Assembly (NCBI GenBank): GCA_963774935.1 | Contig: CAVZGO010000002.1 | Span: forward strand, 215,236 to 279,235 | Direction: 5' to 3' | Length of the DNA: 64,000 nucleotides | From: an uncultured Chloroflexia bacterium | GTDB taxonomy: Bacteria > Chloroflexota > Anaerolineae > Anaerolineales > UBA4823 | In this document: positions 10,303-20,339 of the stretch, one piece after another | How positions within the stretch are numbered: position 1 is the stretch's first letter | How the letters are laid out: each line of letters opens with the position of its first letter | The notes under the pieces: model-generated | Database searches by the model: none | What the model saw: the letters and a program-made list of their open reading frames with translations, nothing else | What the model was told of the DNA's origin: nothing | Translations under genes and position numbers: made by a program

Positions 10303-11289
10303 TTATTGAACAAAATTGTTCTTAAAAGCCTTGTTCAGGTCCAAAGGAGCAGAGAGCAGCTCCATATCTAATAATACTTGCATCATATTTTCCCAGGCTT
10401 CAGGACGCGAGAAACCCAGTGGATTCGACTGCCATAAGGCGATCGATGTGTTCAGGATGTCCATCTGCACTGCCTGATCTTGCTGAGCCAACCCATCCAC
10501 GTAAATCTTGCTGATTTCGTACGCTTCGTTAGGATCCGCGATGACATCCTTCAAGCCACGCAGGACAGCGCGCACAAATCGACCGACCAGATCAGGATTC
10601 TCTGCGATCATTTTTTCACTGGTAATGATGCCATTCGATGCTAAGGTGGCATAATCGCGCACAAGGAACTCGGTCAGCTCGTAGCCACGCGAGCGGAGCT
10701 GCACAGGTTCGTTATTGGCGTAAACCACGACGGCATCTTCTTGTCCGCTCACCAGCGCTTCCACCTGGTTAAAGCCAATCGAGTCGAGGGTCACATCGCT
10801 CTCAGACAATCCTACCGCGTTCAGGAATGCTCGCAGACCAACATAGCTGGCGCCATACGGCCCTGGCAAGCCAATTCGCTTGCCTTTCAAATCCTCAGGA
10901 CTGTTAATTCCCCGATCTTTCAAGGAGATGATCGAGACGGGATAATCCTTCCACCAGCCCATGACGTTTACCACCGGCAGCTCCTGGGCACGCGCCAGCA
11001 GCACCTGCTCACCGGAGACTATCGCAAATGGTAATTCTCCAGCGCCCACCAATGCGACACCGTCTGTCTCCGGTTTATAATCGAACTCGATTTCAATCCC
11101 GGCTTCTTTAAAGTAATTTTTGTCCGCTGCAACATAAAAAGGCGCATATTGTATGCTGGGAATATATCCCATCGGCAGCCTGATCTTCAAAAGCTCTGGT
11201 TGGGGTTCGGTCTCACTGGTCTGTTCAGATTGACCGCAGCCAGCGAGCAACAATAATGCGATCAAGATTGTCAATATCCATTTCTTCAT
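10303..11289 (-). CDS. ribY: NMT1/THI5-like substrate-binding lipoprotein, RibY-like riboflavin-binding protein
   Basis: Lipobox LLAGC; GYIPSIQYAPFYVA SsuA/THI5-type motif; downstream of the FMN riboswitch as in Chloroflexi RibXY. Confidence 0.75.
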   Translation of the reverse strand: MKKWILTILIALLLLAGCGQSEQTSETEPQPELLKIRLPMGYIPSIQYAPFYVAADKNYFKEAGIEIEFDYKPETDGVALVGAGELPFAIVSGEQVLLARAQELPVVNVMGWWKDYPVSIISLKDRGINSPEDLKGKRIGLPGPYGASYVGLRAFLNAVGLSESDVTLDSIGFNQVEALVSGQEDAVVVYANNEPVQLRSRGYELTEFLVRDYATLASNGIITSEKMIAENPDLVGRFVRAVLRGLKDVIADPNEAYEISKIYVDGLAQQDQAVQMDILNTSIALWQSNPLGFSRPEAWENMMQVLLDMELLSAPLDLNKAFKNNFVQ

Positions 11290-11299
11290 CGTAAAACTC

Positions 11300-12127
11300 C
11301 TAACCTTTCATCGTATCTTCGGGTCGCTGGCGCCAGGCTAACAGGCGAGATTCCGCCAGCACCACCAGACCATACAAGGATAATGCTAAAAAAACCAGCG
11401 TGAACACGGCGACCAGGACTAAAGCTGTGTCATACTGGCCGCGTCCAAGATTAACCAGGAAACCTAAGCCGCGATCCGCGCCAACAAACTCGCCGACCAC
11501 CGCTCCGATGACCGCCAGCGTTGCGCCGATGCGCAACCCGCCAAGGAACACCGGCAGCGCGGCTGGCACTTCCAGATGGCGAATGGTTTGCCAGTGAGTC
11601 GCCAGCAGCGACCGCATCAAATCCCGCAATTCATCCGGTACACCGCGTATGCCAACGACCGTGTTAATCAATACGGGAAAGAATACGGTCAACGCTGTGA
11701 CAAGCACCTTGGATGTCATCCCCGGTCCAAACCATAACACCAGCAGGGGCGCGATAGCAACGATGGGCACTGCCTGGCTGGCAACCACAAATGGAGAGAG
11801 CAAGCGGTCGAATAAAGCTGATTTTGCCAGCAAATATCCTAATGTGGTGGCGAAAACGACACCAATCGAGAGCCCTATCCCCACCTCAAGCATTGTCACA
11901 CTGATATGGCGGAACAAGGTGCCATCTTGCACAACCTGGACGAAACGATCCCACACCTGTCCTGGTGAGGGCAGGATAAATGCGGGAATATTGGTCAGCC
12001 TGGTGATCAGCTCCCAAATCATCACAAAGATAATTATCGCCAGGATGAATAAGCCAAACCTGCGACGGGACAACCACCCAAGGTTCTGGCGAAGAGTATC
12101 ACTCGTTTGACTTTGCCTTTCTGCCAC
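11300..12127 (-). CDS. ribX: ABC permease (SsuC-like), RibX-like
   Basis: Multi-TM protein with FILPSP and AVIGAVVGEF motifs; first gene after the FMN riboswitch. Confidence 0.75.
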   Translation of the reverse strand: MAERQSQTSDTLRQNLGWLSRRRFGLFILAIIIFVMIWELITRLTNIPAFILPSPGQVWDRFVQVVQDGTLFRHISVTMLEVGIGLSIGVVFATTLGYLLAKSALFDRLLSPFVVASQAVPIVAIAPLLVLWFGPGMTSKVLVTALTVFFPVLINTVVGIRGVPDELRDLMRSLLATHWQTIRHLEVPAALPVFLGGLRIGATLAVIGAVVGEFVGADRGLGFLVNLGRGQYDTALVLVAVFTLVFLALSLYGLVVLAESRLLAWRQRPEDTMKG

Positions 12128-12178
12128 ACCTACCCCAATTCACTCAAAAGATCATTTCTGCACTCGCTCACCACAGAA

Positions 12179-12213
12179 TAAAAAATCCCGTGGGCGATAT
12201 CGCTCCGGGATTT
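12179..12213 (-). terminator. Riboswitch expression-platform terminator
   Basis: Minus strand AAATCCCG-GAGCGATATCGCCCA-CGGGATTTTTT between aptamer and start codon. Confidence 0.75.
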
Positions 12214-12289
12214 ATGGGTTACCAGCTTTACACCCACTGTGAGTTTGACCAGGCGCGCACATCAGGCGCGTGGAACCGGTGGGTATAAA

Positions 12290-12457
12290 CCTTCTTCCAT
12301 CCGGACTATACCGTCGGCTCCGGAGTTTCACCGGATCTGTACGTCTGGTATGTGAGGTTCACCAGACCACTCGTGGGCTATACCACCGATCGGGAATTGC
12401 GTTATGGATTAATCCTTACGGAATAAATCCCTTAAACGCTCACCCTGCCCCGAAGGC
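12290..12457 (-). ncRNA. FMN riboswitch (RFN element)
   Basis: Minus strand CTTCGGGGCAGGGTGA...AATTCCCGATCGGTGGTATAGCCCACGAG...AGATCCGGTGAAACTCCGGAGCCGACGGTATAGTCCGGATGGAAGAAG matches the RFN consensus. Confidence 0.95.
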
Positions 12458-12508
12458 GATTCAGGCCAGCACAGCAGATGCTGTGGACCTGAGAAATTTA
12501 TCACATGT

Positions 12509-12537
12509 ATTATATTCCGGCAATTCAGCGCGGTCAA
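12509..12537 (-). promoter_or_regulatory. Sigma70-type promoter of the riboswitch operon
   Basis: Minus strand TTGACC-17 nt-TATAAT. Confidence 0.75.
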
Positions 12538-12731
12538 TAGGTGAATCTCGATACCGAATCTCGGACCAAGACTTATCCTCGAAACTCGATATCTCATCCT
12601 AGACAAAATTCTCCCTGTCGAGTAAAATTCCCAGTCGCTGCCCGTAATTTGTATACCCTTGTGTTGTGTTGGTGGAGGCGTCTTCCCGCAGCCAGCGACA
12701 CGTGGTTTGTCATTATTTTTGGAGGATCGAG

Positions 12732-13007
12732 TTGGCAAATATCAAGTCTCAAATCAAGCGCAATCGCCAGAATGAAAAACGCCGTTTGCGCAACCGCGTC
12801 TTCAGCGGACGTGCCCGCACTTATGTAAAGAGAGCCCGCACTGCCCTGGATGGCGGGAATCTGGATGAAGCACGCCTGGCAACCCAGGTAGCAATCAGCG
12901 AGCTGGACCATGCTGCAGAGAAGGGTGTTCTGCACAGAAACAACGCCGCACGGCGTAAGAGCCGGCTGATGAAGCGCCTCAACGCGCTCGAAAAACAAGC
13001 AGCTTAA
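12732..13007 (+). CDS. rpsT: 30S ribosomal protein S20
   Basis: TTG start after GGAGG; MANIKSQIKRNRQNEKRR...KGVLHRNNAARRKSRL. Confidence 0.97.
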   Translation: MANIKSQIKRNRQNEKRRLRNRVFSGRARTYVKRARTALDGGNLDEARLATQVAISELDHAAEKGVLHRNNAARRKSRLMKRLNALEKQAA

Positions 13008-13077
13008 CAATTTCCAACCCCACCTGGCTGTGCACCAAATCATAACTGCCAGGTGTGTAACAATGAAAAATTCGATC

Positions 13078-13105
13078 AAAGAACCGCCGGTTCAGGCGGT
13101 TTTTT
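13078..13105 (+). terminator. rpsT intrinsic terminator
   Basis: AACCGCC-GGTTCA-GGCGGTTTTTT. Confidence 0.85.
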
Positions 13106-13176
13106 GATCGTCATGCGCTCTATGATGTATAATTTGACGGACAATCTCGCTGTATAAGGCGCCAGGTAACAACTGT

Positions 13177-14976
13177 ATGTTTGAAGCAGAACAACAAGGG
13201 GTCGAAAAGCATATCCGGCGCATCTGCGCCGCTCATGGGTTACCCGAACCGGAGACCATTCTATGGACGCCAATACCTTTCTCTGGGGAATGGGGTATTT
13301 CAACCTCCTTCTTCCAGTTAGCTGCGCTGGAGGCACGTCAATTACCATCCTCCAGCCAGCAACGACCGCCGGTTTCGCAACGCGCCCAGGAGATTGCCAG
13401 TTTCACTGCTCTGGAGTTGGGCACTCCAGGCGGTTTTGCTCGCATCGAAGCGGTTAAGGGCTACCTGAACCTATATTTCTCGACAGAAGAATTTTCTGCT
13501 CGAGTGGTAGACGAAGTAGTCAAGCGGGGGGCAGATTTTGGACAGGCAGAACCGCGCAACGTGCTTGTGATGGTGGAATTTTCTCAGCCGAACACGCACA
13601 AAGCATTCCACGTTGGTCACCTGCGCAGCGCCATTCTGGGTGATACATTATGCCGCATGCTCGAGGCAGCCGGATATGAGGTCATTCGTGCGAACTATCC
13701 TGGGGATATCGGGCTTCACGTGATCAAGTGGCTGTGGAATTACATGAAGCACCACCCGGGTGAGCGCCCTGGTAAGGATGTGACCCGCTGGATGGGCGAC
13801 ATGTACGCTGAGGCGAACCGCCGGCTTGAGGAGAATCCCGATCTCGAAGCTGAAGTACGCGCTTTGTACGCACGCTGGGACAGGCGTGATCCAGATGTTG
13901 TCGCACTCTGGCAGGAGACCCGCCAGTGGTCGCTGGATGGCTTCACTGAAATGTACCGGGTACTGAATATTCATTTTGATCGATATTACTTCAACAGCGA
14001 GGAAGAACACCCAGGTAAATTGGTCGTGCAGAGCCTGATCGAGCGCGGCATTGCTCAAGACGAGCGCCCGGTAGGACCCGTGATCGTCAAGATCGACGAA
14101 CTTCTGGGACTGACCAAAGAAAAATACCGTGTGCTCGTGGTACAACGCTCCGACAACACCGCTCTGTACGCCACTGAAGATCTTGCCCTGGCGATTCATA
14201 AGTTCCGTGATTATCCGGACATGGTCAAATCGATCTATGTGGTGGATGTACGCCAGTCGCTGCACTTTCAGCAAGTATTCAAAACTCTTGAAATTGCCGG
14301 TTATCCGTGGGCAGATCGCTGCCAGCACGTGCCTTATGAGCTGGTCAGCCTGCCCGGTAACGTCGTGATGGCTTCTCGCGAGGGCACAGTCGTTTTATTG
14401 GAAGATCTGATCCGTGAAGCCACAGCACGTGCCCTGGACATCGTTCAGCAGAAAAATGCATCGCTGGACTCACAAACTCAGCAGGAAGTAGCGCAGGCCG
14501 TAGGATTGGGTAGTTTGCGCTACACCATGCTCTCACGTGACAACACCAAAACCGTCACATTCGATTGGGAAACTGCGCTAGATTTTAACGGTCAGGCAGC
14601 GCCATACATTCAATATGCACATGTGCGCGCCAACAGCATCCTGCGTAAAGCTGAGGAAGAGGGTTGGCTGGATGATGCCTTCAACAGCTCTATCAAACCG
14701 CTGCATCAACTGGAGCCATCTGAAATCCAGTTGATTGATCGAATTTCGCGCCTGCCAGGTGAGGTGGTGAGAGCCGCGGCTGAGCTGAAGCCTTTATTAT
14801 TAACAACCCTTGCCTGGGAGCTGGCAAAAGATTTCGCTGATTTTTATAACACCTGCCCGGTTCTGCGCGCTGAGCCAGCCGTGCGCAGCTTTCGCTTGCG
14901 GCTTACCGCGGCAGCACGCCAGGCAGTGGCAAATACATTGATGTTATTAGGCATTACTCCCCCGGAAGTAATGTAG
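13177..14976 (+). CDS. argS: Arginine--tRNA ligase
   Basis: EFSQPNTHKAFHVGHLRS HIGH region, MASREG, APYIQYAHVRANSIL, DALR anticodon domain ending PEVM. Confidence 0.96.
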   Translation: MFEAEQQGVEKHIRRICAAHGLPEPETILWTPIPFSGEWGISTSFFQLAALEARQLPSSSQQRPPVSQRAQEIASFTALELGTPGGFARIEAVKGYLNLYFSTEEFSARVVDEVVKRGADFGQAEPRNVLVMVEFSQPNTHKAFHVGHLRSAILGDTLCRMLEAAGYEVIRANYPGDIGLHVIKWLWNYMKHHPGERPGKDVTRWMGDMYAEANRRLEENPDLEAEVRALYARWDRRDPDVVALWQETRQWSLDGFTEMYRVLNIHFDRYYFNSEEEHPGKLVVQSLIERGIAQDERPVGPVIVKIDELLGLTKEKYRVLVVQRSDNTALYATEDLALAIHKFRDYPDMVKSIYVVDVRQSLHFQQVFKTLEIAGYPWADRCQHVPYELVSLPGNVVMASREGTVVLLEDLIREATARALDIVQQKNASLDSQTQQEVAQAVGLGSLRYTMLSRDNTKTVTFDWETALDFNGQAAPYIQYAHVRANSILRKAEEEGWLDDAFNSSIKPLHQLEPSEIQLIDRISRLPGEVVRAAAELKPLLLTTLAWELAKDFADFYNTCPVLRAEPAVRSFRLRLTAAARQAVANTLMLLGITPPEVM

Positions 14977-15035
14977 TCAACCACCCTGATGAACCTCAGG
15001 TTTTCAGGAAATTATATTAAGAACCAAGGAGAACT

Positions 15036-16355
15036 ATGACACCCGTCCGCACAATCATCATGGGCGCCGCTGGGCGTGACTTCCACAACTTCAACACCTA
15101 TTTCCGCGATAACCCGAACTACCAGATCGTTGCATTCACTGCGACCCAAATTCCGGATATCGAAGGACGAACCTACCCATCTGAGCTGGCTGGCGAGCTC
15201 TATCCGGAAGGTATTCCCATCATGGCAGAGAGTGATCTCGAGCAGCTTATTCGAGAGCATCATATTGACCAGGTGATCTTTGCCTACAGCGATGTGCCGC
15301 ACGAGTTCGTGATGCACAAAGCCTCACAGGTACTGGCAGCAGGCGCAGATTTTCGCCTCATGGGACCCAATACCACCCAGATCAAATCCTCCAAGCCGGT
15401 CGTATCCATCTGCGCGGTGCGGACAGGGTCAGGCAAGAGCCAAACAACGCGGCGAGTATCATTGATCCTCAGGGATATGGGATACAAAGTCGCTGCGATC
15501 CGCCATCCGATGCCCTACGGCGACTTGAAGAAGCAGGTCGTGCAGCGTTTCGCCACCTATGCAGACCTGGATGACCAAAACTGCACCATAGAAGAGCGCG
15601 AGGAATACGAACCGCACATCGATAATGGCGTGATTGTCTATGCCGGGGTCGATTACGAGAAAATCCTGCGCCAGGCTGAGCAGGAAGTCGATATCATCCT
15701 TTGGGATGGCGGCAACAACGACTTTCCGTTCTACGTGTCAGATTTGCAAATTGTCGTGGCTGACCCACACCGCCCTGGGCACGAGCTCAGCTACCACCCT
15801 GGCGAAACGAACTCCCGCTTGGCCGATGTGTTTGTGATCAATAAAGTTGACACCGCCGACCCGGCTAGCGTCATCCAGGTACGTGAGAATCTCCGCAAGG
15901 TCAATCCGGGTGCAGTTTTTATCGAAGCTGCTTCGCCCCTGTTCGTGGATAACCCCGAAGCCATCCTGGGTAAACGCGTGCTGGTCGTAGAAGACGGCCC
16001 CACGCTGACTCATGGTGAAATGACCTACGGCGCTGGCTGGGTTGCAGCTCGCCGGTTTGGTGCGAAGGAGATCGTCGACCCACGTCCATTTGCAGTTGGC
16101 TCGATTAAAATGACCTATGAGAAATATCCTTCCACCGGACAAATCCTGCCGGCGATGGGTTATAGCGAGCAGCAAAGACGCGAGCTGGAATACACGATCC
16201 GTAATGCTGAGGTCGATCTGGTGATTATTGCAACCCCGATTGATCTTAAACGTGTAATCAAGATCGACAAACCGACCCAACGAGTGCGCTACGAGCTGCA
16301 GGAGATTGGCCAGCCAACGCTTGCAGATATTCTCAAGGCTAAGTTTGGAAAATAG
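15036..16355 (+). CDS. Cyclic 2,3-diphosphoglycerate synthase-like P-loop protein
   Basis: MGAAGRDFHNFN, AVRTGSGKSQT, LWDGGNNDF and EDGPTLTHG motifs characteristic of this family. Confidence 0.75.
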   Translation: MTPVRTIIMGAAGRDFHNFNTYFRDNPNYQIVAFTATQIPDIEGRTYPSELAGELYPEGIPIMAESDLEQLIREHHIDQVIFAYSDVPHEFVMHKASQVLAAGADFRLMGPNTTQIKSSKPVVSICAVRTGSGKSQTTRRVSLILRDMGYKVAAIRHPMPYGDLKKQVVQRFATYADLDDQNCTIEEREEYEPHIDNGVIVYAGVDYEKILRQAEQEVDIILWDGGNNDFPFYVSDLQIVVADPHRPGHELSYHPGETNSRLADVFVINKVDTADPASVIQVRENLRKVNPGAVFIEAASPLFVDNPEAILGKRVLVVEDGPTLTHGEMTYGAGWVAARRFGAKEIVDPRPFAVGSIKMTYEKYPSTGQILPAMGYSEQQRRELEYTIRNAEVDLVIIATPIDLKRVIKIDKPTQRVRYELQEIGQPTLADILKAKFGK

Positions 16356-16409
16356 CCGCTCCAGTTGTTCTATCGTAATTTAGAACACGAAGGTTGACAT
16401 CTGACTACT

Positions 16410-16452
16410 CAAAGCACATTGGATAAAGCACTGCTTGATCCAATGTGCTTTG
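16410..16452. repeat. Long inverted repeat/hairpin
   Basis: CAAAGCACATTGGAT-AAAGCACTGCTTG-ATCCAATGTGCTTTG; AAAGCACATT recurs at 16471. Confidence 0.7.
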
Positions 16453-16487
16453 GTTATTTATTAACCATCTAAAGCACATTACCTGAT

Positions 16488-17348
16488 ATGATCAATCGAA
16501 TGATCGGCACTATTTACTTCGGCGATAACCTGCCCATCCTGGAATCCTTAGCGGATGCTTCGATAGATTTGATCTATATCGATCCACCATTTAACACCGG
16601 CAAATCACAGGGGCGGACACAGATACAAACGGTTCGCTCTGAGAATGGCGATCGTATCGGCTTTCAAGGTCAACGCTACCAGACCATCCGTCTGGGCACT
16701 CACCAATACGACGATTGGTTTGACGATTACCTGGCATTTCTTGAACCACGCCTGACCCACGCGCATCGCCTGCTGAAACCGCATGGCAGCCTGTATTTTC
16801 ACATCGATTATCGGGAAGTACATTATTGCAAAGTATTGCTCGACTATATTTTCGGGCGGGATTGTTTCCAGAATGAAATTATCTGGGCTTATGACTACGG
16901 CGGGCGCTCAAAATGGCGCTGGCCGGCCAAACACGATAACATCCTGTGGTACAGCCGAGACCCCAAGCATTTCACCTTCAATTCTGACGATATCGAGCGC
17001 ATCCCCTACATGGCACCGGGACTCGTCGGAGAAGAAAAAGCTGCCCGGGGTAAACTGCCCACAGATACGTGGTGGCATACTATTGTTGCAACGAACGGCA
17101 AGGAAAAAACCGGCTACCCGACCCAAAAGCCTTTGGGTGTGATCAACCGCATCATTCGAGCTTCATCCAACCCTGGCGACCTGGTGCTGGATTTCTTTGC
17201 CGGTAGTGGTACAGTTGGAGCAAGCTGCCTGGAATTAGACAGGCGCTTCATCTTAATGGATAATAATCCCCAGGCTATGGATGTGATGTCACGCAGATTT
17301 TCAGGTATAAAGGATATTCACTGGTGGAATTGGCCACCGATGGAATAG
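16488..17348 (+). CDS. Orphan site-specific DNA methyltransferase (N6A/N4C, beta class)
   Basis: IYIDPPF motif IV precedes VLDFFAGSGT motif I; YPTQKP motif; no adjacent endonuclease. Confidence 0.9.
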   Translation: MINRMIGTIYFGDNLPILESLADASIDLIYIDPPFNTGKSQGRTQIQTVRSENGDRIGFQGQRYQTIRLGTHQYDDWFDDYLAFLEPRLTHAHRLLKPHGSLYFHIDYREVHYCKVLLDYIFGRDCFQNEIIWAYDYGGRSKWRWPAKHDNILWYSRDPKHFTFNSDDIERIPYMAPGLVGEEKAARGKLPTDTWWHTIVATNGKEKTGYPTQKPLGVINRIIRASSNPGDLVLDFFAGSGTVGASCLELDRRFILMDNNPQAMDVMSRRFSGIKDIHWWNWPPME

Positions 17349-17372
17349 ATTCAGCTTCCTAAACCCAGAATC

Positions 17373-17399
17373 AAAAAGTCCGCCTGAACGGACTTTTTT
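17373..17399. terminator. Bidirectional terminator
   Basis: AAAAAGTCCG-CCTGAA-CGGACTTTTTT between convergent genes. Confidence 0.85.
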
Positions 17400-17404
17400 G
17401 CTGG

Positions 17405-18061
17405 TTATACATCCAACCGGTATCCCACTCCCCGGATCGTTTTTAGATACGCTGGATGGCGTGGATCTTCCTCAATTGCCTGTCGCAACCAGGAAATATG
17501 GACATCTAAAGTTCGGGTGTCGGCGATGTAGTCTGTGTTCCAAACTTCACGGAAGAGCGCCTCGCGCTCCACGACTTCACCATGATGGTCCACCAGGAGC
17601 TTTAGCAACTTGGTTAAGCTGGGTGTCAGGCGGGTTACTTTGCCATTGCAGCTCACGCGCCGGCGTTCCAGATCGAGCCGGATCGGTCCTTGTTTCAGTG
17701 AATCGGTATCATCCCATGGCAGAAGGGGGGAGATCCAATTGAGCAGTTTGCGGGGAGTAAATGGCTGTAAAAGGACGACGTCAGCGCACTCATCTTTCGG
17801 GGAGCTTAGACTGGCAGCCGTAACGACTACAATTGGTAATCGCGTAGATTGTTTTCGAATTGCGGAACAGATGCGTGTCCCACTGGTTCGCATGGAGGCA
17901 GCATTCACGACGACCAGGTCGGGTTTGAACGCCGGTAAGCGGCGCAGCGCTTCACTGCCCGTCATGACGATTTCAACGGTGCAGCCCTGCCCGCGCAACG
18001 CGCCAATATAGGGTAGTCCTTCAACCTGACGGCCCTCAATCCATAAGATGTTCGCTTTCAT
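17405..18061 (-). CDS. OmpR-family regulator with atypical receiver domain
   Basis: Winged helix TRTLDVHISWLRQAIEEDP...TIRGVGY; receiver has N at the phosphoacceptor position (DLVVVN). Confidence 0.85.
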   Translation of the reverse strand: MKANILWIEGRQVEGLPYIGALRGQGCTVEIVMTGSEALRRLPAFKPDLVVVNAASMRTSGTRICSAIRKQSTRLPIVVVTAASLSSPKDECADVVLLQPFTPRKLLNWISPLLPWDDTDSLKQGPIRLDLERRRVSCNGKVTRLTPSLTKLLKLLVDHHGEVVEREALFREVWNTDYIADTRTLDVHISWLRQAIEEDPRHPAYLKTIRGVGYRLDV

Positions 18062-18242
18062 GCCTCGCTCACCGGGTCAAAACTTCAGCAGACCACCCTG
18101 AAGTGGTATAAGAGGTTGAAGATTATAACTGGATTCAACCAAATGAGCAACGGAATTTTTTAACATTCGGGAGGTTAATGTTTGCACGGAAACCAGGGGC
18201 ATGTTAAAATATACCCACTCAAATCCAAAATGGAGGCCGAGC

Positions 18243-18858
18243 ATGTCTGATATGGTAGAGGTGCTAATCGATAGCATCCGTGTAAGTTTGATGTCTCAAC
18301 AGCGCATTGTTATCCTGCGCGAGAAAAATGCTGAGCGGTACTTGCCGATCTGGATCGGCGTCTATGAGGCGGAATCGATCACCATCGCACTGCAAGAAGT
18401 CGAAGTTGCTCGACCACTCACCCATGACCTGATGAAGAATATCCTGACTGCACTCAACACTCGGGTACTGCGAGTAGAAGTGGTAGCCTTAAAGGACGAT
18501 ACCTTCTATGGTAATATCGTTGCTGAGACCAGCGATAATATAATCAATATCGACGCCCGACCTTCAGATGCACTGGCGATCGCCGTACGCAGCCATGTTC
18601 CAATTCTGGTAGCACGTTCGGTGATGGACACTGCCGGCATCTTACCTGAGGAGGATATCCAGGAATCTGGTGGCGAAGAGAAACCACGCAAGGCACTGCC
18701 GAAGTCCGAACTGACCGGCGATGACGAAGAGACCACTGAGACACCTGGATGCCGCTGAAGGTGGTGAAGAACGGCTCTCAATATTCAAGGATTTCCTGGA
18801 AGGGCTAGATTTAGGCGACCTGAATAACGACGAATCTGAAGGCGAAGACGAGAACTAA
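18243..18858 (+). CDS. Bifunctional nuclease family protein (DUF151); +1 frameshift near 18745
   Basis: LPIWIG, RPLTHDL and IDARPSDALAIA motifs; acidic tail with RLSIFKDFLEGLD continues in the next frame to TAA at 18858. Confidence 0.85.
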
Positions 18859-18956
18859 CCTGCACTCAGCTCCTGAGACCGGGGTCCACCACGCCGATGG
18901 GCAGGTACACCCCGGTTTTTCGTCGGACATGTTCGAAGCATTTATATGGTAATAAA

Positions 18957-20330
18957 ATGACGGATTATTCGACCACAGATACCGCTTATTCATCCGGCGC
19001 ACAGGTTGTGCCAAGCAGCCGCGAGGCAGAGGAAGCCGTCCTTGGCTCCGTCTTGATCAATCCCGAGGCATATTACGACGTAGCTGCCTTCTTGCAGTCA
19101 GACGACTTTTATATCCATCGCCATCGCTGGATTTGGGAGTCATTTCACCGCTTGCACGAACGCCGGGTGCCGATCGATTTCCTCACGGTGTCTGAAGAAT
19201 TGGACCAGATGGGACAGCTTGCCGAAGTTGGCGGACCGGCGTACCTGACAGCGTTGATCAACAATGTTCCAACATCTCTGCACGCCGAGTCTTATGGACG
19301 AATCGTTGAAGGAACCGCCATCCGGCGTAAGATGCTGCAGGCTGCCAACGACATTGCCAAGCTTGCCTTCCAGGAAGAAATAGGCGTTGACGCAGTCATG
19401 GATGAAGCAGAAAAAGCCGTATTCGGGGTTTCTGAACGACGGCTGACACGCGACCTGCAAACCATCCAGCAGGTGCTCAGTGAATATTATGATCGCATCG
19501 ATCTGCTTGCTCGCCGGGAGCCAGGCATCAGTGGGGTGCCAACCGGATTTATCGACCTGGATCGCACGCTTGAGGGTTTGCAGCCATCGGATTTTCTAAT
19601 TGTCGCCGGTCGTCCTGGTATGGGAAAGACTGCTTTCATGTTATCAGCAGCCAAGAATGCAGCCCTGACCCATAAAAAGCATGTGGCAATATTTTCATTA
19701 GAAATGTCGAATGAACAGCTCATCCAGCGCCTAATCGCTCAGGAGACAGAAATCGACTCGCAGCGCCTGCGCTCAGGTAAGCTGGAAGACGATGAATGGC
19801 AGCTTTTCTCGCATGCTGTCGAAGTGCTCAGCGACACACGCATGTTCCTGGATGATACCCCCAGCCTGACACCACTGCAGCTGCGCACCAAGTGCCGCCG
19901 TTTGCACCTGGAACACCGCCTTGATCTTGTAGTCGTTGACTATCTCCAATTAATGTCCAGTGGTTTAAGAGCGGAGAATCGCGTACAAGAAGTTTCTTAC
20001 ATCTCGCGTAATCTGAAGGTGCTCGCCCGTGAGCTGAATGTCCCGGTCCTGGCTGCCGCCCAGCTCTCACGCGCCGTCGAACAACGAACAGATAAAGAAC
20101 CTCAGCTTTCCGATCTGCGCGAATCCGGCAGTCTGGAACAGGATGCGGATATCGTCATGTTCATCCACCGTCCGGAAATGTATGAAAAAGATACGCTCAG
20201 GCAAAACCTTGCCCAGATCAAGATCGCCAAGCACCGTAATGGTCCAACCGGCAGTGTTGACCTGGTATTTCGCAGTAACATCGCCAAGTTTGAGAACGCT
20301 GCGTTGAGTAACGTCAATCTAAACCGCTAA
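18957..20330 (+). CDS. dnaB: Replicative DNA helicase
   Basis: EAEEAVLGS N-terminal domain, AGRPGMGKT, FSLEMS, VVDYLQLM, DLRESGSLEQDAD, AKHRNGPTG. Confidence 0.97.
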   Translation: MTDYSTTDTAYSSGAQVVPSSREAEEAVLGSVLINPEAYYDVAAFLQSDDFYIHRHRWIWESFHRLHERRVPIDFLTVSEELDQMGQLAEVGGPAYLTALINNVPTSLHAESYGRIVEGTAIRRKMLQAANDIAKLAFQEEIGVDAVMDEAEKAVFGVSERRLTRDLQTIQQVLSEYYDRIDLLARREPGISGVPTGFIDLDRTLEGLQPSDFLIVAGRPGMGKTAFMLSAAKNAALTHKKHVAIFSLEMSNEQLIQRLIAQETEIDSQRLRSGKLEDDEWQLFSHAVEVLSDTRMFLDDTPSLTPLQLRTKCRRLHLEHRLDLVVVDYLQLMSSGLRAENRVQEVSYISRNLKVLARELNVPVLAAAQLSRAVEQRTDKEPQLSDLRESGSLEQDADIVMFIHRPEMYEKDTLRQNLAQIKIAKHRNGPTGSVDLVFRSNIAKFENAALSNVNLNR

Positions 20331-20339
20331 GCCGAGGCG

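Noticed and set aside
12661-12705. Minus-strand ...GACGCCTCCACCA resembling a tRNA/tmRNA 3' end
   Set aside because: No T-arm (GTTCRA) or cloverleaf; the sequence is the structured 5' leader of rpsT on the plus strand.
16488-17348. Complete restriction-modification or defence system
   Set aside because: No endonuclease or specificity gene nearby; flanked by housekeeping genes and a terminator.
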